Shown here piece after piece: positions 52,696-64,000 of a stretch of DNA of 64,000 bases; position 1 is the first letter of the stretch, and every line of letters starts with the position of its first letter. This DNA comes from Balanoglossus misakiensis (lineage: Eukaryota; Animalia; Hemichordata). The notes below the pieces were generated by a model. The model saw nothing but the letters and a program-made list of their open reading frames with translations, had not been told where the DNA came from and ran no database searches. The DNA is taken from positions 1,914,699 through 1,978,698 of the forward strand of contig CM082581.2 in assembly GCA_040954595.2 (NCBI GenBank). The letters are read 5' to 3'. Position numbers and translations under genes: made by a program.

Positions 52696-55340
52696 AGAGC
52701 ATATCTTGCCTTTTTAAATCTTATCAGAAGGTTAAAAAATGATTGAAAGAAATCTAATATTTACCAAAAGTGACAATATTTTTCGGGTATCGATTTCTAT
52801 AATATTTGTTTTGTTCTCATAAAATAGACCAGCTTTAGCGATGCTCACAGGTGTCATACGGTGTTTTCGTGCTTTTCTGTGTAATACCACAATGGGAAAA
52901 AGAGGTGGTTGCCGTGGTTGCAGCAACACATTACCTAGACGGAAGTCACCCATGTGAATTCCCCGAAAACCAATGAAAGTCTATGCCACGATCATCGATA
53001 TTGTACGGTGGATATGAAGCCATCCGGCGGCGGCGGCCGTAACTGTCAATGCATGACCGTTGAACGATAATCGGCCAGGTTTGAATCACGAGAAGACAAT
53101 CCACACCCTTACAGGAAAATAGAAGCCTGTCAGTAGGAGAGGTCGACCAGTGATCAATATTCAATTCAGAGCACAACTGATCGTTTATACCCGATATTGG
53201 TGTTCATTCAGTGTTCCAGCGACCGCGATTACACAGTAGAAGGTGAACTGGCAGGAGGCGTAAACACAATTTTGCGCTGGCCGACATCATGTCGAGATTG
53301 CTTATAATTATTCACTCTTTCGTCTGGCTACCCGGTACCCAGGGACCGCAAACTTCGATAATTAAGGTTGACAGCAATCAATGTGAAAACTTGAACGTTC
53401 AAAATATTACTGTTACTATTTCACATTTTTTTCAGTCATACCTTTGTATGGCTTCGGCTGAATGGTCGCCATCTTTCTTTTCTAATTTCTTTGTTTACAA
53501 GTTTTACGTAGCACTATGTCCGACTCATCGGTTCCAAAACACACTGTACAAATTTTGAAACAAAATGTGTTGAATAAATTTTGCCGCGTGTGAGTGAAAA
53601 CCGTTTCCAAACTTGGATATTCGTGTGTATCAATGAAAATGTTTCATGCTTTGTGAGCGTGAGTGGGTCGGCCCGGCATGATCGCCTGTTGCTGTTGGTT
53701 GTATGGTTTCATTTTGTTATAATGCAGTATGAAGCATGTGAAGGAACTTTCATGATTACAGCGACAAGTCATAAATGTTTCTGTTTGTCATCACCAAAAA
53801 GGCATATAGCTTACATGTAATTCAGAAGACAGAATTTTAGTGCTGGCATGGTACATATACATCGCGGCGCGATATGTGTCATCGCTGCTGACTGCGTGTA
53901 CACGCATCGGCGCTGATGGAGTTCCCTTGTAATAACACGCGCGTATTTTGTCTGTTGAGGCAGTGATCGAAAATCGCCAAAAGACCACGATATATCAGTT
54001 GTCAATAAGTTGACATTGTCCAAGATAAGTAGATTGAGACCCAACACTCTAGTCCTAAACCTCTGGGCAATATTCCACGGTTTAAGATGGGTCCCCCGGA
54101 TCTTTTTGCCCGTTGCTATGGGCCTTTGCAGGACATTACACCCCGATTTGGACTAAGCCGTTTTCAGAGTCTAACAAGGGGCTGGTAACTAGTTGAAAAT
54201 CTGCACGATTGTGAGCGCGCGCCCCCTGACGCCATTGATATGCAAATTAGCTAGGTCAAATTTCAAAAGCCTAAGGCTTTTTATTCCGTGACCTCAAAAA
54301 CGAACTTGATACGTATTCATTAGTTGCTTGAACCAGGGAAGATCGTGACGGATTTTGTTTTCGAATATTATCGTTGTATCCTACGATTTCAGCATACCCG
54401 TACCACAGCGGAAAAAGTCATCGATTTTAGGTGTTTTTGGACGCACTCTTCCACCGGTATCGCTTCTTAGCACGACGAAAACCGAAAAAACGATCCGTCA
54501 CACTGTGAGGAAGTGCGTTCTCAACAAGCAGATCAAATTTGACTGGCGTACGTGGCCTATGAAAAAAGCCTTAGGGATTTTCGTGAACGGTACAAAATCT
54601 CTGTGTACAAAACATTGGATTTTTAGCGTTCGATCCAGTTACTGTGGTCACAGGACGCGCATGCTATCGCTGACCGCTGCTTTACCGTATTAGCGTGGCG
54701 GCCTATGGCCGGGCGGTAGCTGCCGTAAACATACTCGGACAGGGGGTGTGCACACAATCGTGTGTATTTTTAACTAGTTACAAGCCCCTTGTCGGACGTT
54801 CATAACGGTTTCGATCAAAATTGAGTGTAGTGTCCTATAAAGGCCCATAGAAACGAGCAAAAAGATACGGGGGACCCATCTTAATCGAGGCAGCAATCAT
54901 TGTATGTGTAAGGTGCCTATACACATCCGCTGCCATTGCATGTTGTGTACTGCTTGCAATGCGTAGCCGTAGCCTAACCGGGCCGAGTAGTGTTATTTTT
55001 TTCATAATCGCATCTCCCCTAGATGAAAAGGTATATATGTACATTTATTTTGAATGGAACGGGGGATCCAGAGGCTGACCCAGCAAAGCTGTTTAGATCA
55101 CAGACATGTATGATTGCAATTCAACCACTGCAATGTACAGTCTTGCAAACGTAAATGGGTTCCTCTTGTGACGTCACAGAAATGGGCGTGGCCCAAACAG
55201 AAGTTTTTTCTCAGGCCCTGAACATTTTTAAATTTAACATTTATTTATCCATATGAAATAAGTAAAAGGACACCAGCATTTAACACACAAGCCCAATTAT
55301 TATTTATCCTCAAAGTGTGTTTCGAGCTAAGATATGCTCT
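52696..55340. mobile_element. Non-autonomous Kolobok-like element with TTAA TSD, 2645 bp
   Basis: TTAA|AGAGCATATCTT ... AAGATATGCTCT|TTAA. Confidence 0.75.
54086..54880. mobile_element. Nested TTAA-TSD element with ~110-bp imperfect TIRs (Kolobok-like)
   Basis: TTAA|GATGGGTCCCCCG ... CGGGGGACCCATC|TTAA. The inverted similarity extends to the GGGGCT(G/T)GTAACTAGTT motif. Confidence 0.8.
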
Positions 55341-57564
55341 TTAAAGGATAAAAAAATTACACTTAAAAACCCCAAAGAAACCAAAACAATTCTGAAAGAC
55401 ATTCCTTTTAAACCAAAAAAAGCAATGGAATGAAATTGTGCAGAATAAAAAGACGAGTTTTTAAACCCCTTTTAAAACTGTCTATAGATCCAGCATTGCG
55501 GATAGAAGGTGAGGTTGATGACACATATTCGTAACCACATATTAATTGATCAGTTGATTGTTTTTACACCAAAGTCCAAATATCCATGGCAATCTCTTTC
55601 TAGGAATTTTAACACTCTCTATCATTCTCATTTTAACAAAATCCCCTGAAACTCGTGTACCCTGTCAGCAAAACTTTGTCTGATTTTTAAAACAACAGAT
55701 TACTTTTTCACCCTTGCAAACAAATTTTCAATGCTAAGTTTTCACATTTGTTAATTTGTTTATATTATGCATAATTATAATTGGAAAATTTCTGAGATAC
55801 AATTTCAACAAACATGTGTTCAGTACGAGTGTGCGGTTGATTTCAAATTTTAAAATGTGTGCAATGGACAGACAGGATGCATGTTTTATTGTAACCATAG
55901 CAATATACAATCCCCAAACAGTGTAGCCACAGAAGAGATCAATATCCACAGTTACATACCTGCACATGCATGGCCATCCTCCAGCACATTGAAGCCTTGT
56001 CTGCAAGCGCAGCAATAACTACCATGGGTATTCTGACAATAGTGTTGACACGCATTTCCACAACTGTGACATTTATTCATATCTGGAGGGTAAGAAGAAA
56101 TTCGAAATAATTTACAAGCATTACATTATTCAAGATAAGCCTACTCTTAACAACTGGAATCTCACACCAAAGACAACTGGGCTCAGATTATAACAAGATG
56201 GGGATAATTTTTCTCAATTTCATCATTTGAGACAACATATCCCCAAACTTATGTAGTGTCGACGTAACATTATAACATAGTTATATCACTGTCAGGCATT
56301 TGTGTCCTACAGTCAAGGGGTTTTAGACACCTGCAGTCATTTTGATGGCGTTGGTTTGAATCCCACCAGTGCCAGAGGTGTACAGTGTATTATAAAACCA
56401 GATTCCAAGAAAATACAGCTGTTCAAAGGGGCTTAGGCTTTTTTCATCTTCCCTTGTCAGGTTGATATGACTATTGTTAGTATGCAGTGTTGTATGAAAT
56501 GTTTTACATCGCTTACTTACCTCACCCAACATGGCAGCCAATTGTTCTACAGTAAATCCACTGTAATTAATACTACCTTGACTTGGCAAAGGATATGGAG
56601 GAGAGTTCAGATCAATATACAATGTTTCTATATTGGTGCGCTGTATACAAAGAGAAGATAAAACAATATTTTGTTATTGGCAGTATTGTCAGTCAGTGTT
56701 TTTTTTTAACCCTTCCACCCCAATTTCCTCTTCAGTGCTCCAACCTTAACATAGAAAACAATGCAGTTGGACTGAACCATTGTGGTGATCAGGGTAATGT
56801 AACCAGGGTTCCCCAGTCATTTTGTTAACATTCCTTATGGTACCATAAATGCAGTCATATTAATGGTAAGACAGGTGTTACATGGGGTTTCAAAATCACT
56901 TATTGCTCCACCCCCCCCCCCCCCCCCAACAATAGCCAAAATACTGTCAGTGTTATCCAAATTCTTATTTCACACCTGTTACAACTAACAAGGTATCTGT
57001 CGCAGTCATTTTATGCTCTTTTAGTATCCAGGATCTATTGTCGATGATATAATCATCTCTGATCAGACTAGATTACATGTATAGCTCAACAGAATAATAT
57101 TGAAGGTCAGAATGCTTTTGATGAAGAAACAAAACACCAACTGCGAGAATATATCTTCTTCAGAAAATACCATCATTTTTATGTTAGTCAAGATACTTTG
57201 CAACTAGTGTATTGTTCTCTCATCAAAAGCATTCTGACCTTCAATATTACTGTAAAACGGATTATTTTCGTGACAGGAAATGTTCGCGATATTAAAAGAG
57301 GCAACTGTTATGCGAGGATTAATTTTCATGTTCTTGTATTTCATTGCATCTTTATCTCCGAAAAACATTTTACGCAACTTTTTCTTTTCACATTTTGTTG
57401 GCTCTCGCCTATTTCGCAAAAATTAATTGCTTGCGAAAATAACCCGTTTTACACACAGGTGCAAGCTTTCTCTTATGTGAGTATGGCAGAGAAAGTTTTG
57501 GCTGCTGTCAAAATTTTCTGACAAAGACATCCAGAAGGATTATGAAACTGAAAATGTTGATAAT

Positions 57565-58586
57565 ACAGTGAAACCTGTCAATTAATACAGACATCTCTCT
57601 AATCAGGACACCTCTCTATTAAGGAAAGATTGTTCAAGACAAGAGTATTGGTTTGAATAGAATATTACATGCACATTTCTGTTAAAGGGACAAAGTCTCT
57701 CTCTCGCTGCCCTTTTTAGGTCCCATTGGTATAGGCCTATATACCATGGGACCTTATGGGATTGGTTGCATCTGTATGTATGTATGTATGGATGGATGGA
57801 TGGATGGATGTATGTCCGTCCACATCAAAAACTTGAAAACCACTGTGTGTATCACCTTGATATTTGGTGTGCACATGCAGGCTGGGCTGTAGATGGGAGT
57901 TTGTTCAAATGAAGTTGTCGTTGCCAAAAATATGCAAATTAGCTGGAAAAATGTGAACTTAGTCAAAACTCAGTAACTCAAGAACTACTGGTCAGATTGC
58001 TTTGCGAAGTGGTGTGTATTTACTTTATTGAGTTGTTTATATACACAGGAAATTCCTGAATGATTACATAACTGGCTAAGTTTTAAAGAGGCCAGCTGTT
58101 CTATTTAGTGTGTGTGTCTGTCAGTATATCGCCATTTACTCCGGTGTAGACTTTTTCTTGTGTATTCCCTCAATGGGACCACTGTGTCCTTGACGCGATT
58201 TTTTCCATTATGTTTGATACAAGAGACATTTTATATTAATGTACATGTGTATATGTAGTTAATGAACGTTCAACCATACACAATTTCCATCCCACTTGAA
58301 TGATATGAGCATAAAAACTCGCATAAAATGAATAAATGATAGAGACCGATTATTGGCGTGTGTTTTTTATCACTCTGGTGGCTACAAGCAGGGTTGAAGT
58401 TGTGTGTGGTGAAACATTGATTCACTATATATCCACATGTAGAATAACAGAAATGGTGCCCTGTAACAAACCTAATTCATGGAAAAGGGGCAGCGAGGGA
58501 GAGAATTTGTCCCTTTAAGGACACCTCTCTATTAAGGACACATTTTGTGGTCCCAGAGGTGTCCTTCCTAGGCAGGTTTCAATGTA
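57565..58586. mobile_element. Tigger-like MITE remnant interrupted by a Helentron-like (HINE) 5' end at about 57713-58040
   Basis: TACAGTGAAACCTG ... CAGGTTTCAATGTA ends with internal AGGACACCTCTCTATTAAGG repeats. The insert starts TTTTTAGGTCCC...GGGACC and is followed by (ATGT)/(ATGG) microsatellite. Confidence 0.55.
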
Positions 58587-59944
58587 CTTCACATCTCAGT
58601 TGTACTCCACTGTCTGTATGGAATCATTTCCTGGTTGACATGGTGAACTTTACAAAAACAGATAAACCACCAAAAAAAGTCAGGGCCATATGTAGAGAAT
58701 GATCTTGAAACTCAGAATTTTACCATAATTACCTTGAATATCGTAAACTCTTCATATCGTCAAATAACTGCAATGCAGTACTCAGACCTTCAGAAATCAT
58801 ACCATATTTCTCACCTGCTCCTGACAACAATCTGAAATACAACAACAATCATTTAACAAAAGGTATATGTAAACAATGTCTACTCTGATTGTAGACAGAT
58901 TTGATTAAACATTTTATGAAACATTTAAAGGTAGGAACCTCTAATAAAAGCAAGTGAGTCAAAAGTCAAAAAGAGCGACTTTGTCCCTTTAACCCTTTCA
59001 CCCCAAGTTCCTTCTATACAGGTCAAACCTTTTCATAGAAAACAATGGGTTTTGACTGAACCTTGGTTGTGAAAGGGTTAATGGGCTTCCATAATTAGTG
59101 TTCTTTAAAATTAGAGGGTGGTACTTAGGGGTTATTACACTAAATTTGGTGAGAACAATAGAAAGTGGCAAATTCAGGCTCTGCATGTAAGATACTAATG
59201 ACAATTAGCCTTCTGCTTTAGAATCATCACCATTAAGCTATATTGATTGTATCCGCATCAGTTTATCATCTTTTGCTAATGCATAACACGACTGTTGTGT
59301 ACTCTTTGAATGGAGGCTGATTAAATCGGTGTGACACCCATTTAAAATAACACTAAATAACACAAAACTACAATGTGTGCGCGCAAATATTTTGTCACAG
59401 TTGCGTGACATGCGCACACAAAAAATCCATTGAAAGATAACAGCGGGCGAGGCTATCTGGGGCGCCTTGTCAAGGTTGGCCGGTCAGGCGCCCTGTACAC
59501 ATGTACGCGTATGTGCGCTTGTATGCTGTAGCAGGACGCACAATGATGTACGTGCGGTAACCTAGGCCACAAACTTGACACGTGTCGGGCTATAATTTAT
59601 GCACACAGAAGCCATTAGATATAACAAAGCAAGTAGGGCTTCTGGGTCATTTTCCTTGATGATATAACACAAGAATTCCATACCTTGTCTGTACTTAATA
59701 CGTATCGGGGAGGGGGGGGACCACTGTACACAGTCTCTTTCATGATGTTTATGTACTTTATTCGCTACATTCTAAATGATATTTTTTGTGTTGGGCCATC
59801 TAGACATGAAGGGAGAACTCATTCAAGTATGTTTATCTGAAAGCCTGCTTGTCTATCGCTATTTTGTTGCACGTAATTCAAATACAATTTCACGAAAAAA
59901 AAATTGGCTCTTTGCGTGCACTGCGCGTAAAAAATAAAATATCA

Positions 59945-60865
59945 AACGCAAGCCCAGTAGAAATTCCAAATTACCTATGATATGATTTCATAATAATTCT
60001 AAAGAAGCCAATCCCATTAACTTACAACTAAAATTTATAGAAATCAGCCATACAGTGTACACTTTCTGAGAAATATAATTTTTTATCAAAATTGGTAAAT
60101 ATACCCCCAAAATACAAGACATTGCCCCCACAAAACATTGACACTTTCATCATAGGTTTTGTAAATCATCATGACAACTCACCATGGAACCTTCAAATCA
60201 AATTTCAAAGCAATGGGGTAGAGGGTTCTGAGAAAGAGTTTTGACCAAAAATGGCAAAATTCACCCCAAAAATATACTATTGAATTCTACAAATTGATTT
60301 GACAAACACACATCTCTATGCCTACCAAATTTCAAAGCAATCTGACAAATGGTTTTACAGAAAAAAATTGATCAAAAAGGCAAAATTTGCACCAAAATTA
60401 TAAATTTGCAAATTTTGCAGCAAATTTAAACAAAACTTTGATAACTCACATCACCTATATGAAGCCCCATACTAAATTTCAAAGAAGTCAGGTCATCAAT
60501 TCCAGAAAAGTAGATTTTTTACCAAAAATGTGGAAAAAGACAAAAAAATACATAAATTATAGAAAATTCAAACTATTAGTTCAAAACATACACAACTGTG
60601 TGAGGTTAATATAAGGTACATGCATACCAATTTTCAAATCAATATGACCAGTGGTTGTTGAGTTTCTGAGTTTTGGCCAAATTTACGTTTTTCCCAACAA
60701 CTTCATTTGAACAAACTCCCATCTACAGCCCTGCCTGCATCTGCACTCCAAATATCGAGGTTATATGCTCAGCGGTTTTCAAGTTTTTGATGTGAACGGA
60801 CATACATCCATACAGACGCAACCGATCTCATGAGGTACCACCAGTATATACAAATGGGACCTAAA
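59945..60865 (-). mobile_element. Helentron-associated non-autonomous element (HINE-like), with related fragments near 24.0-24.5 and 35.0-35.6 kb
   Basis: Its end matches the 57713 copy in reverse (GGGACCTAAA, GTTTTCAAGTTTTTGATGTG). Recurrent AATTTCAAAGCAATC and TTTTGACCAAAAATGGCAAAA motifs. Confidence 0.55.
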
Positions 60866-62069
60866 GATATTTCGGTGCAACTTGTAGACTGCATCATATA
60901 TATATATTGTGTTGTCGCCCAAATTGTGTGTGTGTGTGTGTGTGTGTGTGAGGGGGGGGGGGGGGGTTCCCAATGTGCCCTTCCTATGATATCTGCAATA
61001 ATTGTAGCCTAGATGGGATGATTGATCAAGCCCATAAGCGATCAACCAGCCCACCAAAGCTACAATTATTGCACCTATTCCTATGATAGCTGGATCCATA
61101 GGGTAAACTGTACAAAACAAATAAGTGTCAGTATAAAATGTGGTAACTTTTGGCGTTTGTTTCTTCCCACTGAATTTCGACATCGCAAAGTGATTTCAGA
61201 TGTCAGTTTATATTTATAATAACATTACTGCCACTAAGAAATATGAATGAAGTTGCACAGTTCATATAAACATTACACCACTGGCAACTGTGCTATATCA
61301 TGCCACTTTTATGACCGCTTTTGACCTCTACATCCTGGCTTTTTGTCGGTGTGAGTATACAATTTCGAGTTTACCAACCATGCTATTGAATCAATGCATT
61401 TTTTCTCATCCTTGAACAAAACTGGTGAACATTGCCTGTTAGAAAAGGTTAGCTGTTCAACATTGAATGATGAATGATGTCAAACCAACAAATCACCAGG
61501 ATGTAAGGTCACACAGGGGTCATGAAAGAGGCCTGTAAGATACTCTTGTTCTCTGCCCACTTTCTAACCCTGCTGTCACTACCAGCAGCAGGAATGGGAC
61601 AGGGGACCAGGCTATATCTATAGGACTGTTTGCTAACATTAAGTGTGTTTACTTGAGTAAGTTGGGTACTATAAAAAGAATTGTCACCATTACTGTAGGG
61701 GAGACATGAGTCTACCTGGTTGATTTATATTTTACATAATGTGCTTAGATTAATAGAAATAATTTATGCATAGTTACTTAGGAACACTTCCATAACTAGT
61801 CTGCATTTTGCCTCTGCCAAATAGTAAAGAAAAAACATCAGAGAATAGGCAGAGTAGAAACTAAACTGCACTCTCCTAAATATAAAATGGTTTACCCCTA
61901 AGTCTAATGTGATGCATAGTGTGATTCAATTTGTGTCAATAAAATTGCAACCACATCAGTGTTCAGTGAAAACAGTATGTGACATACTTTTCCACCTGAC
62001 CAAATCTATTAGAAACACATTTTTTAAAGAAATTGTTTTAAAGGGGCAGCTGCTATGACATTTGGGATT

Positions 62070-62526
62070 AATAGAATCTCACACTCCCAAGGACCTGGGA
62101 TCATATTTCTCACACGAGTTGGGGATTTTCTGTCACACACGAGCCGCAGGCGAGTGTGGGACAAAATATCCCTGACGAGTGTGAGAAATACGATCCCAGG
62201 TCCTTGGTGTGTGAGATTATTTTTCTCACACGGTCACAAATTAGCCAAATTCGTTAAAACATTGAATAAATGACTCTGGAACTGTCGTCTGGGGGCACGT
62301 TATAGTTCTGTGCCTGTAATACACATCACGCCATTGGATAACATTTAGTGCGCGAAGAGAAAGAACTCTTTGTCAACCAATCAGCGCTCGCGTCATATAC
62401 AGCTTTCGATTCAGTGAGAGTGTGAGAATAATAGAATCTCACACTCCCAAGGACCTGAGATCGTATTTCTCACACTCGTCGGGGATATCCTATCCCACAC
62501 TCCCAGCGGCCAGCAGTGTGAGAAAT
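62070..62526 (+). mobile_element. Double-hairpin element plus a partial tandem second unit
   Basis: A ~150-bp palindrome at 62070-62220 centred on GCC-GCA-GGC, a second IR TTCTCACAC/GTGTGAGAA (62223/62420), and the unit restarting at 62430. Confidence 0.75.
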
Positions 62527-62532
62527 TAAATA

Positions 62533-62709
62533 CAGTAAAACCTGTCTGAACCGAACACTGAAGGCACTGAAGAAATTGTTCAGTTTACAGACATTTCCAG
62601 TTTGTAAAGGTTCTTTTAACATGTGATTCTATGTCGAAGGTACTGAAAAGGTGTTCAGTATAGACAGGTTTCCAGATTAGACTGGGTTTGGTTTTGACAG
62701 GTTTTACTG
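62533..62709. mobile_element. Tigger/pogo-like MITE
   Basis: TA|CAGTAAAACCTGTC ... GACAGGTTTTACTG. Confidence 0.75.
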
Positions 62710-64000
62710 AAGGTTGAAAATTAATTCTATGTGGCCACTTAAGATTCTTGTGCTACTCCCAACAATATGATGAAACCCACAATTGATGTATAAAATACCA
62801 TCCACTAAATATTTAAATGTCACCAAAAACATTTTACTCTAAATAAATAAATATATTCTATAAAAACATATTTTTTAGACATGTTGCATATTTACGTAAC
62901 AGTAGTAAAAAAATGTGAATGATAACATTACACATTCACGGGCTATGTTGACAAGTGAAGTATAAATGGGTATATTAGCATGCTGTTTGGAGTAGAACAA
63001 GAAATTCCCATTGATACTCAGAACAAAAATATATGTACATCAATTAAAGCCAAAAGTTACAGCTAATGTCCCGTTAAGTGCATTGTAATTCAGAAAACTT
63101 CTGGAGCAGTGAATAAATCCTACTATTCCTAGTATATCAGAAGTTTTTTTCATTTTAAAAATCACGCTAGTTGCTTTAAAAAAAAATGAGACACTACTTT
63201 GTACAAAAGTTATGACAGCTTGCATTCACGCAGATTTGAGCCAGACATCTCAAAGCGTTAACAAAAAAACATAGAGCATGCTGTTTTTGCGAAGGTAATT
63301 TAAATTGCTTGTTACGTGATAGTAGTGAAAACAATGGTGACATTGAAGTAACCGAAATGTTCTCCTATATCAAGCTTTCAGAGATAATTAACAGAGAAAT
63401 GTTTATTTCAAAAAGTGAATGTCTTATTTTTTAGCTTATACAGTCACAGTATGTAATAGAGGGACTGTGATATAGTGCACTGGTTTGGCTGTTGTTTCAC
63501 TACAGATTTTTGTGGTGGGGGTCACGGGTGGGTCTATGATGGGGGAAACCAGCATAGAACCCCCCCCCCCCCTCCACCCTCCCCCTAGCTGTGTTTCCAT
63601 AGAGATAATGTAGTACTAAATGTGACATTATTATATGACTCAGAAGGTCACATAGCTCTGCGTACAGGTCTGTGTGTTCCCGGCTGTATGCAGAGCTAAA
63701 GGTCACACAGAGAAACCACACGACAGAGATCTCACCATCTCAAAAAGCTGACTCTGAAAAGCATGTAAAAGAATTAAGACTGGCTTACCTGTAGGAGGAC
63801 CTGTGTCACACATCTCTGCCCGCCAAGGTCTTGCCAACGACCCTGGCGATGTCTGTCATCTAGTCTTGCTCCAAGCGATGCTAATCACACTGGCGGCGCG
63901 TTGTACTGTTCCTTTCCTTTATCTACAGGCACAGCGACTGCCGTAAAGCCAAGTCATCACCGGACTCATCATATCTGATATACTTCCCTGGCCGGTCGGG

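Larger units (their letters stand above)
52461..56082 (-). pseudogene. Two decayed calcium-binding EGF exons of an extracellular-protein gene
   Basis: Phase 1-1 AG/GT exons at 56082-55960 (DMNKCHSCGNACQHYCQNTHGSYCCACRQGFNVLEDGHACA) and 52568-52461 (DVNKRADLCERQCVNTAGSFYCTCSVGY*LVNGECT). The second has an in-frame TGA at 52483-52485 and lacks the first Cys. Confidence 0.8.

Noticed and set aside
63789-64000. Coding exon ending at a strong GTAAG donor
   Set aside because: All three frames hit stops a short way upstream. It could be a UTR or decayed exon, but this cannot be resolved at the window edge.

Overview
AT-rich, repeat-dense animal genomic DNA with GT-AG introns, probably from a marine invertebrate (inferred from repeat content, not proven). 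There are no prokaryotic genes, RNA genes or CRISPR arrays. 1-23.5 kb is tandem repeat: a 192/175-bp satellite, a 54-bp minisatellite, and an ~840-bp monomer array that contains a 3411-bp four-monomer higher-order repeat. The main feature is a complete, apparently intact 7471-bp RAG1-related DNA transposon of Chapaev type at 27291-34761. It is bounded by TCGA|CAC...GTG|TCGA and has bipartite, asymmetric, RSS-like terminal inverted repeats. Its single 10-exon minus-strand gene splices without a stop into 1059 aa: a RAG1-N-terminal-like Zn (Chapa) domain, RING, Zn finger and a RAG1/Transib-like DDE core. No RAG2-like gene lies inside it. At 36157-39974 is a 3.8-kb foldback with 1726-bp near-identical arms, each carrying the same nested 5-bp-TSD element. 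40-64 kb holds decayed minus-strand exons (Gln-rich, MED25-C-terminus-like; calcium-binding EGF), a truncated LINE and many non-autonomous DNA elements (Kolobok-like, TA-TSD MITEs, Helentron-like, GCA-loop double-hairpin elements).
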